Origin: a bacterium
GTDB taxonomy: Bacteria > JACRDZ01 > JAQUKH01
Reading direction: 5' to 3'
DNA: 41,973 nucleotides
NCBI GenBank assembly: GCA_028719205.1
Contig: JAQUKH010000025.1
Coordinates: forward strand, 1 to 41,973
Part shown: positions 1-11,252 of the stretch, in pieces
Numbering within the stretch: the first letter of the stretch is position 1
Layout of the letters: every line of letters starts with the position of its first letter
Position numbers and translations under genes: made by a program
The notes under the pieces: generated by a model
What the model saw: only the letters and a program-made list of their open reading frames with translations
Databases searched by the model: none
Told to the model about the DNA's origin: nothing

Positions 1-104
1 TGGAATTGATATCAAAAATAGCGATGGAAAAAGGATTAAAATTTGCAATACGCGAGGGAGGCCGGACGATCGGTGCCGGAGTTATTGCGGAAATTTTGGA
101 GTAA
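1..104 (+). CDS. tuf: Elongation factor Tu, C-terminal end (partial)
   Basis: Frame from position 3 reads [33 protein letters not shown], the EF-Tu C-terminus; directly upstream of rpsJ. Confidence 0.96.
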   Translation, partial: ELISKIAMEKGLKFAIREGGRTIGAGVIAEILE

Positions 105-107
105 AAT

Positions 108-413
108 ATGGCTGAAAAAATAAGAATAAAATTAAAAGCGTTTGATCACCGTTTACTGGATCAGTCAGTAAAGGAAATAGTGAAAACGGTTAAAAAAACT
201 GGTGCCAGGATTTCCGGGCCAGTGCCTATGCCGACAGAAATTAACCGTTGGACTGTTTTGCGTTCGCCTCATGTTGATAAGAAAAGCAGAGAACAATTTG
301 AGATGAGAACGCATAAACGAGTGGTTGATATACTTGATCCGAATCCGCAAACAGTAGATGCTTTGATGAAGCTGGATTTAGCAACTGGTGTGGATGTTGA
401 GATCAAGTCGTAA
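108..413 (+). CDS. rpsJ: 30S ribosomal protein S10
   Basis: [15 protein letters not shown]...[14 protein letters not shown] motif. Confidence 0.99.
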   Translation: MAEKIRIKLKAFDHRLLDQSVKEIVKTVKKTGARISGPVPMPTEINRWTVLRSPHVDKKSREQFEMRTHKRVVDILDPNPQTVDALMKLDLATGVDVEIKS

Positions 414-473
414 ATTTAATTTTTAAATATGATTAATGTTAGAAAACAATTATTTAAATTGGAGTGACAAACA

Positions 474-1172
474 ATGTCTTTAGGTCTATTAGGTAAAAAA
501 TTGGGTATGACCCAAATTTTTGATAAAGATGGGAAAATAACCGGAGTAACTGTAATTGAGGCTGGTCCCTGTTATGTAGTTAAAAATATAACAGACGAAA
601 AAGACGGGTATAGGGCTGTTCAAGTTGGATATAAACCTGTAAAAGAATCTAAATTGGATAAACCACAGCTCGGGCATTTAAAAAAGAGTGGAGTTCAACC
701 GTTGAAACATTTACATGAATTTATTGTGAACAAGGGTGAAACAGCGGAAGTTGGAAGCCAACTGAAGATTGATAATTTGTTCAAAAGCGGTGACTTTGTT
801 GATATTGTAGGAAAATCACGAGGTAAGGGTTTTGCGGGTGTTGTTAAGAAGTATCATTTTAAAGGTGGTAAGGAAAGCCGAGGTTCTAATTTCCATAGAG
901 CTCCCGGATCGATAGGTGCGAATACTTTCCCAGGAAGAGTATGGAAAGGGAAAAAATTACCCGGTCATATGGGAGATGCTAAAATTACAACGATCGGGCT
1001 TTATATTGTTCAAGTGGATTTGGAAAATAATTTTATAATGGTAAAAGGATCAGTCGCGGGTGCTCCGGGCGGGTTAGTTATAATCCAAAAAAGCAAAAGA
1101 GATAAAAAGGTCAAACTGACACAAAAAAATATAGAAGATAAAAAAGGTAAAAAACCAACTGTTAAGAAATAA
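474..1172 (+). CDS. rplC: 50S ribosomal protein L3
   Basis: GKKLGMTQIF, HRAPGSIG, GKKLPGHMG; operon position. Confidence 0.99.
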   Translation: MSLGLLGKKLGMTQIFDKDGKITGVTVIEAGPCYVVKNITDEKDGYRAVQVGYKPVKESKLDKPQLGHLKKSGVQPLKHLHEFIVNKGETAEVGSQLKIDNLFKSGDFVDIVGKSRGKGFAGVVKKYHFKGGKESRGSNFHRAPGSIGANTFPGRVWKGKKLPGHMGDAKITTIGLYIVQVDLENNFIMVKGSVAGAPGGLVIIQKSKRDKKVKLTQKNIEDKKGKKPTVKK

Positions 1173-1201
1173 ATTTAACTAAATATATCGAGGCATTATT
1201 T

Positions 1202-1825
1202 ATGGAAAAAATTAGCATTTTAAATCAAAGCGGTAAGCAGGTCGGTGAGTTAAAACTGAATAAAGATATTTTCTCCGGTCCTGTTAATAAAACAGTTCTT
1301 GCTGACTCAGTTAAGGCATATCTTAATAATCAGCGGCATGGAACGTCTGATACTAAAGTTCGCAGTGAAGTGCGTGGTGGTGGGCGTAAGCCTTGGAAGC
1401 AAAAAGGAACCGGAAGCGCGAGGGTTGGGAGTATCCGGTCACCGCTTTGGCGTGGTGGAGCAATAATATTCGGGCCGCATCCGCGATCCTTAAGTTATCA
1501 GCTCCCAAAGAAGGTTAAAAAAATAGCTATAAAATCGGCCTTGACAGACAAGTTAATTAGTGGTAAAATTAAAGTTTTAGATGATATTGTATTTGAACAG
1601 CCAAAAACAAAATCAGGTTTAGGATTATTAAAAGCCTTAAATGTATCCGGTAAAATATTATTGATCTTAGCTGATAAGACTGAAAATGTTGTAAAATCTA
1701 TGCAAAATATCAGCGGGGTTAACATAATTTATACGAATTCTATTTCGGTTTATTCTTTAGTGAATTGTGATGAGATTGTTACAACTGCAAAAGCATTGAA
1801 AAATATAGAGGAGCTTCTAGGATGA
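1202..1825 (+). CDS. rplD: 50S ribosomal protein L4
   Basis: GGGRKPWKQKGTGSAR motif. Confidence 0.99.
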   Translation: MEKISILNQSGKQVGELKLNKDIFSGPVNKTVLADSVKAYLNNQRHGTSDTKVRSEVRGGGRKPWKQKGTGSARVGSIRSPLWRGGAIIFGPHPRSLSYQLPKKVKKIAIKSALTDKLISGKIKVLDDIVFEQPKTKSGLGLLKALNVSGKILLILADKTENVVKSMQNISGVNIIYTNSISVYSLVNCDEIVTTAKALKNIEELLG

Positions 1826-2112
1826 AATATATTCCGCAATCAATAATTGTAAGGCCGGTTATTACTGAAAGAGCTACAGAAATGCGGGATAAGAACAATA
1901 AGTATTTGTTTGAGATATCAACTCAAGCTAATAAACAGGAAGTAAAGGCTGCAATTGAGGAACTCTTTAAAGTTAAAGTTGAAAGCGTTAATATCCTGAA
2001 CGTTTTGGGAAAATTCCGCAGGATTCGCGGAAAGCTTGGTAAAAAATCGGATTGGAAAAAAGCGTTTGTTACCTTAAAAGAGGGAAATAAAATAGATATA
2101 GCTGGAGCATAA
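1822..2112 (+). CDS. rplW: 50S ribosomal protein L23
   Basis: RPVITE...WKKAFVTL; operon position. Confidence 0.98.
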   Translation: MKYIPQSIIVRPVITERATEMRDKNNKYLFEISTQANKQEVKAAIEELFKVKVESVNILNVLGKFRRIRGKLGKKSDWKKAFVTLKEGNKIDIAGA

Positions 2113-2114
2113 AT

Positions 2115-2951
2115 ATGGGAATAATTCAATATAAACCAACTTCACCTGCAAGAAGGGCCATGAGTGTGCAGGATTTTTCAGAGCTTACTAAAAAGCGTCC
2201 GGAAAAATCATTAACTACTTCCAGTAGAAGAATTAACGGGCGTAATAATCAAGGCAGGATAACTATTCGTTATCGCGGCGGCGCGCACAAAAAATTGTAT
2301 CGCGTTATGGATTTCAAAAGGGATAAATATAATATTCCGGCCTGCGTAACTGCTATAGAGTATGATCCTAACAGGACAAGCTGGATCGCGCTTTTGAATT
2401 ATCGTGATGGAGAAAAAAGGTATATTGTAGCTCCGAATGGGCTTAAGGTTGGGGATAATGTTGTATCAGGAAAAGGCTCAGAAGTAAAACTCGGGAATTA
2501 TTTACCTTTGAGAGAGATACCCTTGGGGACTGATATACACAATTTAGAAATAAAAATAGGTAAAGGCGGGCAGCTTGGCCGCAGCGCCGGTTGCGCAATA
2601 AATTTAATGGCTAAAGAAGGCGATTACGCGCAAGTTAAAATGCCGTCAGGTGAGATTCGATTTATTCATCTTGATTGTTGCGCGGCAATAGGCCAGGTTA
2701 GCAATACGGACCATATGAATGTATCTATTGGTAAAGCGGGCAGATCCCGTTGGCTTGGAAAACGGCCTCATGTCCGTGGTGTAGCAATGAACCCGATTGA
2801 TCATCCATTAGGTGGAGGAGAGGGAAAAACATCGGGCGGAAGGCATCCATGTTCCCCATGGGGCCAGCTTGCTAAAGGATATAAAACCAGAAGAAATAAA
2901 AGAACAACAAATATGATTATTAGAAGAAAAAGCAAAAAGGAGAGGGGCTAA
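2115..2951 (+). CDS. rplB: 50S ribosomal protein L2
   Basis: [32 protein letters not shown]. Confidence 0.99.
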   Translation: MGIIQYKPTSPARRAMSVQDFSELTKKRPEKSLTTSSRRINGRNNQGRITIRYRGGAHKKLYRVMDFKRDKYNIPACVTAIEYDPNRTSWIALLNYRDGEKRYIVAPNGLKVGDNVVSGKGSEVKLGNYLPLREIPLGTDIHNLEIKIGKGGQLGRSAGCAINLMAKEGDYAQVKMPSGEIRFIHLDCCAAIGQVSNTDHMNVSIGKAGRSRWLGKRPHVRGVAMNPIDHPLGGGEGKTSGGRHPCSPWGQLAKGYKTRRNKRTTNMIIRRKSKKERG

Positions 2952-3239
2952 ATGTCGCGCTCTATAAAAAAAGGTCCATTTGTGGATCCAAATGTATTAG
3001 CAAAGATAGAAAAAATGAATAAATCCGGTAAAAAAGAGGTAGTTAAGACTTGGTCTCGCTCTACTACTATTATACCGGAATTAGTTGGATTTACTTTTGC
3101 TGTCCATAATGGTAAAAAATTTATTCCGGTTTATTTGACAGAAAATATGGTGGGACATAAGCTTGGGGAGTTTTCCCCTACCAGGACGTTCAAGGCGCAT
3201 GGTTCCGCTCATGTAGATAAAGCCACTGCATTAAAATAA
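2952..3239 (+). CDS. rpsS: 30S ribosomal protein S19
   Basis: [21 protein letters not shown]. Confidence 0.99.
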   Translation: MSRSIKKGPFVDPNVLAKIEKMNKSGKKEVVKTWSRSTTIIPELVGFTFAVHNGKKFIPVYLTENMVGHKLGEFSPTRTFKAHGSAHVDKATALK

Positions 3240-3245
3240 TAATAA

Positions 3246-3278
3246 TGTAGGGGCGGGCAATTCATGATTGCACCTACA
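3246..3278. repeat. GTAG-type REP-like palindrome in the rpsS-rplV spacer
   Basis: TGTAGG...GCAAT-TCATG-ATTGC..CCTACA hairpin beginning GTAGGGGC; a related element lies at 25661-25686. Confidence 0.6.
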
Positions 3279-3298
3279 ATTAAAATTCAGGAGAAATA

Positions 3299-3691
3299 AT
3301 GGCAGAGATTGCTATAGCTAAAGTAAAGAACATTAGGGCGATTCCTTATAAGGCCAGACAAGTAGTTGATCTGGTTAGAGGGAAAAACATAGATGAGGCT
3401 ATTAACACTGTAAGTTTTATGCCGCATGCTGCAGCCCGGATTGTAAAGAAATTATTAAAGTCCGCGTTGGCTAATGCAGGCCAGCGTAAAGGAATTAATA
3501 AAGAAAATTTGTTTATAGAAAAAATATTTGTAGATGGTGGCCCGACGCTCAAAAGAGTCAGACCTGCCTCAATGGGCAGATCTATGACTGTGTTAAAGAG
3601 GATGTCACATATTACAGTTGTTTTGGGCGAAAAAGAAAAGAAGCAAAATAGGAGGAAACGTGGGGCAGAAGACACATCCAATAGGGTTTAG
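3299..3691 (+). CDS. rplV: 50S ribosomal protein L22
   Basis: [26 protein letters not shown]-terminal tail overlaps the rpsC start. Confidence 0.98.
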   Translation: MAEIAIAKVKNIRAIPYKARQVVDLVRGKNIDEAINTVSFMPHAAARIVKKLLKSALANAGQRKGINKENLFIEKIFVDGGPTLKRVRPASMGRSMTVLKRMSHITVVLGEKEKKQNRRKRGAEDTSNRV

Positions 3692-4304
3692 GTTAGGGTT
3701 CATAAAGGATTGGGATTCCCGTTGGTTCGCTAAGAAAGGGTATGCTGATTTATTGCATGAAGATATTAAGATCCGGGGTGCCATAAAGAAAAGGTTATAT
3801 CATGCAGGAATTCCTAAAGTAAGGATCGAACGGGCATCAAAAAAAGTGAAGGTAGATATTTTTGCGGCAAGGCCCGGAATTGTAATTGGAAAACAAGGTT
3901 CAGAGGTTGAAAAGCTGAAAAAAGATTTACAGCAATTAACAGGTAAGCAGGTTACTATAAATATTCAGGAAGTTAAAGATGTTAATCAGAATGCCCAGTT
4001 GATAGCGGAAAATATTGCTTCGCAAATTGAAAAAAGAATAAGTTACCGCAGGGCGATGAAAAAGTCGGTAGATTTGGTTTTGAAATCGGGTGCGTTAGGG
4101 GTTAAGATCATGTGCGGCGGAAGATTAAACGGCGCAGAAATTGCCAGAAATGAGTGGTATTTGCGCGGTAGAGTGCCGCTTCATACTTTACGTGCGGATA
4201 TTGATTATGGACTCGCAGAATCACATACTACGTATGGGCTTATTGGAATAAAAGTCTGGGTTTTTAAGGGCGAAATTTTAGATACCAAAAATATTAATTT
4301 ATAA
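3660..4304 (+). CDS. rpsC: 30S ribosomal protein S3
   Basis: GTG start at 3660 after [31 protein letters not shown]. Confidence 0.98.
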   Translation: MGQKTHPIGFRLGFIKDWDSRWFAKKGYADLLHEDIKIRGAIKKRLYHAGIPKVRIERASKKVKVDIFAARPGIVIGKQGSEVEKLKKDLQQLTGKQVTINIQEVKDVNQNAQLIAENIASQIEKRISYRRAMKKSVDLVLKSGALGVKIMCGGRLNGAEIARNEWYLRGRVPLHTLRADIDYGLAESHTTYGLIGIKVWVFKGEILDTKNINL

Positions 4305-4325
4305 TAAGTATAGGAGAGAGATACA

Positions 4326-4739
4326 ATGTTAATGCCTTCAAGGGTTAAATATAGGAAAAGGCAAAAAGGAAGGTTAACCGGCAAGGCGACAAGCGGAGCT
4401 GAGGTTAATTTTGGCGAATATGGGCTTAAGTCAATGGAGCCGTATTTGCTTACCGATAGGCAGATTGAAGCTTCCCGTATAGCAATTACACACTTTATTA
4501 AACGAGGCGGCAGGGTTTGGATCAGGATTTTTCCGGATAAGCCAATTACAAAAAAACCGGCTGAAACAAGAATGGGTAAGGGTAAAGGAATGGTAGAATA
4601 CTGGGTTGCGGTAATAAAACCCGGTAGAATTTTGTTTGAATTGGGAGGAGTGACTGAAGATATCGCCAAACAGGCCTTAAGACGCGCGGCTTTTAAATTA
4701 CCGTTTAAAACCAAGTTCGTTTCGAGGGATAAATTTTAA
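4326..4739 (+). CDS. rplP: 50S ribosomal protein L16
   Basis: [18 protein letters not shown]. Confidence 0.99.
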   Translation: MLMPSRVKYRKRQKGRLTGKATSGAEVNFGEYGLKSMEPYLLTDRQIEASRIAITHFIKRGGRVWIRIFPDKPITKKPAETRMGKGKGMVEYWVAVIKPGRILFELGGVTEDIAKQALRRAAFKLPFKTKFVSRDKF

Positions 4740-4758
4740 AAATTATAAGGAGTTATAA

Positions 4759-4971
4759 TTGAAACCCGTTGATTTTAGAAATATGACAAAAGAAGAATTA
4801 GATAGTAAATTGAAAGAGGAAAGACAGGCTCTTTTTAATTTAAAATTTCAAGCTACTATCGGGCAAGTGGAAAATCGGCTGAAGTTAAGAACAGTTCGTC
4901 GTGATATAGCTCGTATGTTGACAATTATGAGAGAAAAAGAGATAAAGGAGAGTAAGCATGCCTCTAGGTAA
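4759..4971 (+). CDS. rpmC: 50S ribosomal protein L29
   Basis: LFNLKFQ...VRRDIARMLT; TTG start after GGAG. Confidence 0.97.
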   Translation: MKPVDFRNMTKEELDSKLKEERQALFNLKFQATIGQVENRLKLRTVRRDIARMLTIMREKEIKESKHASR

Positions 4972-5230
4972 AAGGAAGGAATTTGTTGGTCTGGTTAAGA
5001 GTGACCGGATGGAGAAGACAGTTGTTGTTCGATGTACGAGGAGATGCAGCGACCGGGTTTACGGAAAAGTTTTAAATAAGTATTCTAATTTTATGGCTGA
5101 AAATCCTGATAATAAGGCTAAGATCGGGGATAAGGTAAGAATTATTGAAACCAGGCCATTAAGCAGAAATAAACGGTGGTTTGTTGTTGAAATTTTAGAA
5201 AAGAAACTGGCAACAGGAGACAGTAAATGA
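4958..5230 (+). CDS. rpsQ: 30S ribosomal protein S17
   Basis: [21 protein letters not shown]. Confidence 0.98.
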   Translation: MPLGKRKEFVGLVKSDRMEKTVVVRCTRRCSDRVYGKVLNKYSNFMAENPDNKAKIGDKVRIIETRPLSRNKRWFVVEILEKKLATGDSK

Positions 5231-5595
5231 TCCAACCTAGAGCAATGTTAACTGTAGCGGATAATTCCGGCGCAAAAATAATTCAATGTATAAAAGTTCT
5301 GGGCGGCACCAGAAAACGGTATGCATATATCGGGGATATTATTGTGGCAGCGGTAAAAGAGGCTATACCGGGCGGAACAGTGAAAAAAAGTGAAGTTGTT
5401 AAAGCTGTAATTGTCAGAACGGCCGGCATATCTGCCAGGAAAGACGGTTCTTTTATTCGTTTTGACAATAATGCCGCGGTAATTATTAATGATCAGCTTG
5501 AACCCAGGGGAACAAGAATTTTTGGCCCTGTAGCCAGAGAGTTAAGAGACAAACAATTTATGAAAATTATTTCTTTGGCGCCAGAGGTGCTGTAA
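5227..5595 (+). CDS. rplN: 50S ribosomal protein L14
   Basis: [27 protein letters not shown]. Confidence 0.99.
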   Translation: MIQPRAMLTVADNSGAKIIQCIKVLGGTRKRYAYIGDIIVAAVKEAIPGGTVKKSEVVKAVIVRTAGISARKDGSFIRFDNNAAVIINDQLEPRGTRIFGPVARELRDKQFMKIISLAPEVL

Positions 5596-5603
5596 GGAGA
5601 AAG

Positions 5604-5927
5604 ATGGCAATGGGTATTAGAAAAAATGATAATGTGGAAGTAATTTCAGGAAAAGAAAAAGGCAGAAGAGGAAGGGTGCTGAAAGTATTGCCTAAAACAC
5701 AGCGGGTAATGGTTGAAAATGTGAATTTGGCAAAAAAACATACGCGTCCTACTCAAGAAAATCCTCAGGGAGGAATAGTAAAAAAAGAACTTACATTAGA
5801 TGCGTCTAATGTGATGTTAGTATGCAATAAATGTGATGAGCCGAAGCGGATAGCGCATAAAGTGATCAGTGCAGGCAATAAGGTTCGTGTGTGCAGGGAA
5901 TGCGGAGAAATGTTTGAAACAAAATAA
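5604..5927 (+). CDS. rplX: 50S ribosomal protein L24
   Basis: KOW-type VISGKEKG motif; two C-terminal CxxC pairs. Confidence 0.98.
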   Translation: MAMGIRKNDNVEVISGKEKGRRGRVLKVLPKTQRVMVENVNLAKKHTRPTQENPQGGIVKKELTLDASNVMLVCNKCDEPKRIAHKVISAGNKVRVCRECGEMFETK

Positions 5928-5941
5928 ATTTAAGGGAAAAT

Positions 5942-6484
5942 ATGGCAAGATTAAAAGAAAAATATAAAAAAGAAATATCGTTAGCAATGAAGGATAAGTT
6001 CAAGTATAAAAATATAATGCAAATTCCAAAGCTGGAAAAAATTGTTATTAATATGGGGCTTAGTGAAGCGCTTCAGAATCCGAAGGTAATGGATGTCGCG
6101 GTTCAGGAGTTGACATTAATAAGCGGCCAGAAACCTTCAATCAGAAGGGCTCGAAAATCAATATCTAATTTTAAATTGCGTGCAGGTGTTCCCATAGGGT
6201 GCATGGTTACTTTGCGTGGAGACAGAATGTATGAATTTTTTGATAGATTTGTAAATGTTGTTCTTCCAAGGGTCAGGGATTTTCGAGGCGTTAATGGTAA
6301 AAAATCTTTTGATGGAAAAGGGAATTATAGTATTGGAATGAAAGAACAGATAATTTTTCCTGAAATTGAATATGATAAAGTAGATAAAATCAGGGGAATG
6401 GACATTACTTTTGTGACAAATGCAGATTCAGATGATGAGGCTATGGCGTTGCTTAGAATGTTAGGAATGCCATTTAAGGATTAA
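5942..6484 (+). CDS. rplE: 50S ribosomal protein L5
   Basis: [27 protein letters not shown]. Confidence 0.99.
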   Translation: MARLKEKYKKEISLAMKDKFKYKNIMQIPKLEKIVINMGLSEALQNPKVMDVAVQELTLISGQKPSIRRARKSISNFKLRAGVPIGCMVTLRGDRMYEFFDRFVNVVLPRVRDFRGVNGKKSFDGKGNYSIGMKEQIIFPEIEYDKVDKIRGMDITFVTNADSDDEAMALLRMLGMPFKD

Positions 6485-6499
6485 TGGAAGGAAAAGAAT

Positions 6500-6685
6500 A
6501 TGGCAAAAACATCAGTAGTTGAAAGATCAAAAAGAGTACCAAAACATAAGATACATAAACACAACAGATGCCGAATTTGCGGACGCCCGCGTGGATATTT
6601 GAGAAAGTTTGATATGTGCCGAATTTGTTTTCGAAAGTTGGCGCTTTGCGGTCAGGTTCCAGGGGTTACAAAGGCGAGTTGGTAA
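6500..6685 (+). CDS. rpsN: 30S ribosomal protein S14 (short zinc-binding type Z)
   Basis: 61 aa; [10 protein letters not shown]...MCRICFR...PGVTKASW. Confidence 0.98.
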   Translation: MAKTSVVERSKRVPKHKIHKHNRCRICGRPRGYLRKFDMCRICFRKLALCGQVPGVTKASW

Positions 6686-6707
6686 TGAAGATTAGGAGGA
6701 ATAAATA

Positions 6708-7106
6708 ATGCCGATAACGGATCCAATTGGTGATATGTTAACATGTATACGAAATGCAAGTAAGGTTCATAAGGTAAAAGTGGATGTTGCTTCATCTCGC
6801 GTAAAAGAACAGATTGCCAAGGTTTTAAAAGAAGAAAGATATATCAAAAATTTCGAGAAAGTCAAAGAAGGTCCTGGGTCTGTTTTAAGAATCACTTTGC
6901 TGTATACTCATGATAAGCAGGGAATTATTAGTGGAATTAGAAGATTAAGTTCCCCGGGTTTAAGAGTATATTGTAACAAAACAAGTTTATCCAAAGGGTT
7001 TAAGGGACTGGGAATGACTATTATTTCAACCTCAAAGGGAATTATGAGTGACAAAATGGCGAGAAGAGAAAATGTCGGGGGAGAGGCCATTTGTTATGTT
7101 TGGTAA
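6708..7106 (+). CDS. rpsH: 30S ribosomal protein S8
   Basis: TDPIGDMLTCIRNA, SPGLRVY, STSKG. Confidence 0.99.
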   Translation: MPITDPIGDMLTCIRNASKVHKVKVDVASSRVKEQIAKVLKEERYIKNFEKVKEGPGSVLRITLLYTHDKQGIISGIRRLSSPGLRVYCNKTSLSKGFKGLGMTIISTSKGIMSDKMARRENVGGEAICYVW

Positions 7107-7121
7107 AGGAGCGAAAATACG

Positions 7122-7679
7122 ATGTCAAGAATAGGTAAAACACCGATAGCAATTAGTTCTGAAGTTAAAGTGCAATTAGAAAATAATATTTTAACTGTTC
7201 AGGGCCCAAAGGGAAAATTATCTCAAGAACTATCAAAAGGGATAAATTTTAAGTTGGAAGATAAAAAAATAGTTTTGACAAGAGATAATGATGATAAAAC
7301 GGGAAGATCCCTTCATGGTTTAATGAGGAGTTTAATTGCTAACATGGTAAAAGGTGTGACAGAGGGTTACAAGAAGGAATTAGATATTATAGGTGTTGGT
7401 TTCAGGGCTCAGGTAAAGGATAAAAAATTAATAATGCAATTGGGATTTAGTCATCCTATTGAATATCCGGCGCCGAATGGAATAAATTTATCCGTAGATG
7501 AAAAAGGCACCAGGATCACAGTTTCAGGCTTTGATAAGCAATTAGTAGGTGAAACTGCTGCAGTAGTAAGAAGATTTAAAGAGCCTGAACCTTATAAAGG
7601 CAAAGGTATAAGATATGTTAATGAGTATGTACGTAAGAAAGCGGGTAAAGCGGCGGCTGGAGCGGGCGCGGCGAAGTAA
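7122..7679 (+). CDS. rplF: 50S ribosomal protein L6
   Basis: MSRIGK, PEPYKGKGIRY. Confidence 0.99.
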   Translation: MSRIGKTPIAISSEVKVQLENNILTVQGPKGKLSQELSKGINFKLEDKKIVLTRDNDDKTGRSLHGLMRSLIANMVKGVTEGYKKELDIIGVGFRAQVKDKKLIMQLGFSHPIEYPAPNGINLSVDEKGTRITVSGFDKQLVGETAAVVRRFKEPEPYKGKGIRYVNEYVRKKAGKAAAGAGAAK

Positions 7680-7726
7680 GAAAAAATAAATCAAATTTTG
7701 AAAAAATTAAATTAAGGTAATAAAAA

Positions 7727-8092
7727 ATGAGTAACATAAAAAAAATTACACCAAGAGAAGCAAGTCATAAAAAGATTAGGCAAAAAATAAAGGGAAATGA
7801 AGGACGTCCCCGATTAAATGTATTTCGTTCCACAAAACATATTTATGCCCAGATCATTAATGATGAAACCGGGAAAACTTTAGTTACTGTTTCTTCATTA
7901 TCCCCCAAATTAAAGGATAAGATAAAAACTGGCGGGGATATTCAAGCCGCTAAAGTGGTTGGCGAAGAAATAGCGGGTTGTGCGTTGGAAATGGGTATAA
8001 AAAAGGTAGTTTTTGATAGGGGCGGTTATGTATTTCATGGCAGGGTAAAGGCTTTAGCAGAATCTGCTAGAGGTAAAGGATTGGATTTTTAA
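7727..8092 (+). CDS. rplR: 50S ribosomal protein L18
   Basis: [22 protein letters not shown]. Confidence 0.99.
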   Translation: MSNIKKITPREASHKKIRQKIKGNEGRPRLNVFRSTKHIYAQIINDETGKTLVTVSSLSPKLKDKIKTGGDIQAAKVVGEEIAGCALEMGIKKVVFDRGGYVFHGRVKALAESARGKGLDF

Positions 8093-8116
8093 TAAAAATC
8101 TATAAAGGGGTAGAAA

Positions 8117-8608
8117 TTGGATAAAGCACAAGATGTTCAATTGATAGAGAGAATAGTTAGAATTACTCGTACTGCCAAAGTTGTTAAAGGTGGAAGAAGG
8201 TTTGGTTTTAGCGCGTTAGTAGTTGTTGGTAATGGTTATGGCAAGATCGGCAAAGGATTAGGTAAGGCGAATGAGGTACCGGATGCTATTAGAAAAGCAT
8301 TAGAGCAGGCAAAGAGAAATATGATCGATATCCCTATTAAAGGGGCGACTATTCCATTCCGTATGGATGGATTAGCTCTTGCTACTAAAGTTATATTAAG
8401 GCCGGCTGCGCCAGGAACCGGAGTTATCGCGGGCGGTGCTGTACGGGCTGTTCTTGAGGGATTGGGAGTACAGGATATTTTAACAAAGGTTATTGGCTCC
8501 AGTAATGCCCTTAATATCGTTGACGCTACTTTTAATGCCTTAGAAACTATTAAAAATTTAGAAGAGATTGCAAAAGTTCGCAAGAACTCAATTGAGGATG
8601 TAAAATAA
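8117..8608 (+). CDS. rpsE: 30S ribosomal protein S5
   Basis: KVVKGGRRFGFSALVVVG, PGTGVIAGG. Confidence 0.99.
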   Translation: MDKAQDVQLIERIVRITRTAKVVKGGRRFGFSALVVVGNGYGKIGKGLGKANEVPDAIRKALEQAKRNMIDIPIKGATIPFRMDGLALATKVILRPAAPGTGVIAGGAVRAVLEGLGVQDILTKVIGSSNALNIVDATFNALETIKNLEEIAKVRKNSIEDVK

Positions 8609-8609
8609 A

Positions 8610-8792
8610 ATGGCTAAACAAATAAAATTAACTTTAATAAAAAGTATTATTGGCACAACCCCTAAACAAAGAAAGATCGTTCAATCGCTCGGTTTAAGGA
8701 ATATGCATCAGGAAGTAGTTCATCAAGATTCATTAATAATACGCGGTATGGTTAATAAAATACCCCATATGTTAAAGGTTTTGGAAATATAA
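8610..8792 (+). CDS. rpmD: 50S ribosomal protein L30
   Basis: KSIIG...LGLR...IRGM; lies between rpsE and rplO. Confidence 0.97.
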   Translation: MAKQIKLTLIKSIIGTTPKQRKIVQSLGLRNMHQEVVHQDSLIIRGMVNKIPHMLKVLEI

Positions 8793-8803
8793 GGAGCAAT
8801 ATA

Positions 8804-9247
8804 GTGAAACTGGAAGAATTAGGCAAGTGGGGGAGTCCACGAAAAAAAAGAAAATTACTTGGAAGAGGTCCCGGTTCCGGTCATGGGAAAACATCATGCA
8901 AAGGGCATAAGGGGCAGAAAGCGCGTTCGGGTGGAAGTATTTGTCCTGGTTTTGAAGGTGGGCAGATGCCGTTGGTACGAAGGCTTCCCAAACGCGGTTT
9001 TACGAGTTTAGATAAAAAAGAGTATGTTGTTATAAACTTGAAAGATTTAAATAAATTTGAAAAAGGGACAAAGATAACACCTGAATTGCTGATGGAAAAA
9101 GGTTTCTATAAAAAAAATGATTCTAAAATAAAAATTTTGGGCATGGGAGAGTTGAAAAATCCATTGGATTTAAAAGCTCACAGTTTCAGCAAAGATGCGC
9201 AAGAAAAAATAAAAAGTGCCGGCGGTACTTTTGAGATAATTAAATAA
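8804..9247 (+). CDS. rplO: 50S ribosomal protein L15
   Basis: GRGPGSGHGKT, GFEGGQMPL. Confidence 0.99.
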   Translation: MKLEELGKWGSPRKKRKLLGRGPGSGHGKTSCKGHKGQKARSGGSICPGFEGGQMPLVRRLPKRGFTSLDKKEYVVINLKDLNKFEKGTKITPELLMEKGFYKKNDSKIKILGMGELKNPLDLKAHSFSKDAQEKIKSAGGTFEIIK

Positions 9248-9248
9248 T

Positions 9249-10559
9249 ATGCTAAAAGGTTTCCAGAATGTATTACAACTTGAAGATTTAAAAAAGAGAA
9301 TCGGTTTTACGATTCTCTTATTGGCTGTTTACAGGCTAGGATCCCATATCCCTACTCCGGGGATTGATGGGCAGGCTTTAAGCGCTTTTTTTAAACAATC
9401 CAGTAAAGGATCGCTTTTAGGTATGTTTGATCTTTTTGCCGGAGGCGGGTTAAAGCGGGCTACGATTTTTGCTTTGGGAGTAATGCCGTATATTAACGCG
9501 TCGATCATTACGGAGCTTCTCTCAACCGTAATTCCTCATTTGGAAAGCTTAAAAAAAGAAGGGGAAGAGGGACGAAAAAAAATCATTCAATATGTGAGAT
9601 ATTTTACAATTGTACTGGCAATGGTTCAGTCTTTTGGTATAAGTTTCTGGCTGGAATCTTTAAAAAGCGAAGCAGGGATGGTTGTTACTAACCCTGGTTT
9701 AGGGTTTAAAATTTTAACGATAATAACCTTATCTTCCGGTACTGCCTTTATAATGTGGCTGGGTGAACAAATTACTGAGCGCGGTATAGGAAACGGGATT
9801 TCTCTGATTATTTTTATAGGTATTATTTCAGAAATGCCGGGTGCGTTAATAAAGAGTGTTCAGTTAATAAAAGGCGGACAGATAAACATTATAATTGCTT
9901 TAGTGATACTTGTGTTAATGGTTCTTGTTATTGGGGCAGTTGTTGTTCTTGAGAGCGCTCATCGGAAGGTTCCGATTCAATACGCAAAAAGAATAGTTGG
10001 AAGAAAAGTTTACGGTGGTCAGTCAACACATCTTCCTTTGAGGGTTGATCAGTCAGGTGTTATTGCTGTTATTTTCGCGTCTTCTGTGATTATTTTCCCT
10101 GCAACTATTGCGGAATTTACGCATATCGGAATTTTAGTGAAAATAGCAGGGTGGATAAATTATGGAACTTTTTTGCATACATTATTATTTGTTGGTTTGA
10201 TCATTTTCTTTTGTTATTTTTATACGGCAGTTACGTTTAATCCAAGTGATATCGCGGAAAACATAAAAAAATCCGGCGGATATATTCCGGGGATACGCCC
10301 CGGTAAACCTACGGCTGAATACATTGATTTTATTTTGACGCGTATTACATTAGCTGGCGCTTGCGGAGTTGCGGCTTTAGCCGTATTACCAAGTTTTCTA
10401 ACACAAGGGCTGAATGTGCCTTTTTATTTTGGCGGTACTACAATTTTAATTGTTGTGGGAGTTGCATTAGATTTGATGCGTCAAATTGAATCTCATCTTT
10501 TAATGCGTAATTATGATGGATTCATGAAAAAGGGAAAGCTAAAGGCAAGAGGTAACTGA
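9249..10559 (+). CDS. secY: Preprotein translocase subunit SecY
   Basis: FALGVMPYINASI, WLGEQITERGIGNG, IPGIRPG; multiple TM segments. Confidence 0.99.
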   Translation: MLKGFQNVLQLEDLKKRIGFTILLLAVYRLGSHIPTPGIDGQALSAFFKQSSKGSLLGMFDLFAGGGLKRATIFALGVMPYINASIITELLSTVIPHLESLKKEGEEGRKKIIQYVRYFTIVLAMVQSFGISFWLESLKSEAGMVVTNPGLGFKILTIITLSSGTAFIMWLGEQITERGIGNGISLIIFIGIISEMPGALIKSVQLIKGGQINIIIALVILVLMVLVIGAVVVLESAHRKVPIQYAKRIVGRKVYGGQSTHLPLRVDQSGVIAVIFASSVIIFPATIAEFTHIGILVKIAGWINYGTFLHTLLFVGLIIFFCYFYTAVTFNPSDIAENIKKSGGYIPGIRPGKPTAEYIDFILTRITLAGACGVAALAVLPSFLTQGLNVPFYFGGTTILIVVGVALDLMRQIESHLLMRNYDGFMKKGKLKARGN

Positions 10560-10583
10560 TATTAAGTAATATTTACTGTTTAA

Positions 10584-11252
10584 GTGAAGGGAGAGGTTTT
10601 GCAGGTTATTATGCTTGGAGCCCCAGGTGTTGGTAAAGGAACACAGGCCAGTCTTTTGGCACAGGGACAAGGAGTACCTCATATTTCAGCAGGTGATATT
10701 CTTCGTCAGGAAATGAAGTCTGAGACTAACTTAGGGCGTGAGGCTAAAAGTTTTGTTAATCAGGGGAAATTAGTGCCTGATGAGCTTATAATTAATATTA
10801 TAAAGAATACGATAAATGGTAGAAATTATCAAAAAGGCTTTATCCTTGATGGTTTTCCACGAACAATCGTTCAGGCGAAAGCGCTGGATAGCCTTTTACA
10901 GGAATTAGGCAAAAAGATAGATGTTGCGATCAATATTAATGTTTCAAATGATGAAATTGTTAAGAGGCTTTCGGGAAGAAGAGTTTGTGAAAATTGTAAG
11001 GAAAATTTTCACATAGAGTTTAAAGCGCCAAGAGTAATGAATAAATGTGATCGTTGCGGTGGAAGGCTTGTTATCCGTGATGACGATAAACCGGAGACAA
11101 TAAAGAATAGATTAGAAGTGTATAAAAATATGACTGAGCCCTTAATTGATTATTATGAAAAAAAAGGGCTTTTGGAAAATGTATCCGGTAATAAAAGTAT
11201 ATTAGAGATTAAGCGGGATATTGAAGAGGTTATAAGAAAAAAAGGACAATAA
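10584..11252 (+). CDS. adk: Adenylate kinase (zinc lid type)
   Basis: GAPGVGKGTQ P-loop, LDGFPRT, CxxC...CxxC lid; exact start uncertain. Confidence 0.98.
   Translation: MKGEVLQVIMLGAPGVGKGTQASLLAQGQGVPHISAGDILRQEMKSETNLGREAKSFVNQGKLVPDELIINIIKNTINGRNYQKGFILDGFPRTIVQAKALDSLLQELGKKIDVAININVSNDEIVKRLSGRRVCENCKENFHIEFKAPRVMNKCDRCGGRLVIRDDDKPETIKNRLEVYKNMTEPLIDYYEKKGLLENVSGNKSILEIKRDIEEVIRKKGQ

Noticed and set aside
3660-3691. rplV C-terminal extension overlapping rpsC by 32 nt
   Set aside because: Both genes are intact and rpsC has its own RBS; most simply a late stop codon
4205-4714. Long antisense ORFs over ribosomal and other genes (e.g. 4205-4714, 8236-8583, 32416-32790)
   Set aside because: Shadows of conserved plus-strand genes with no recognisable motifs
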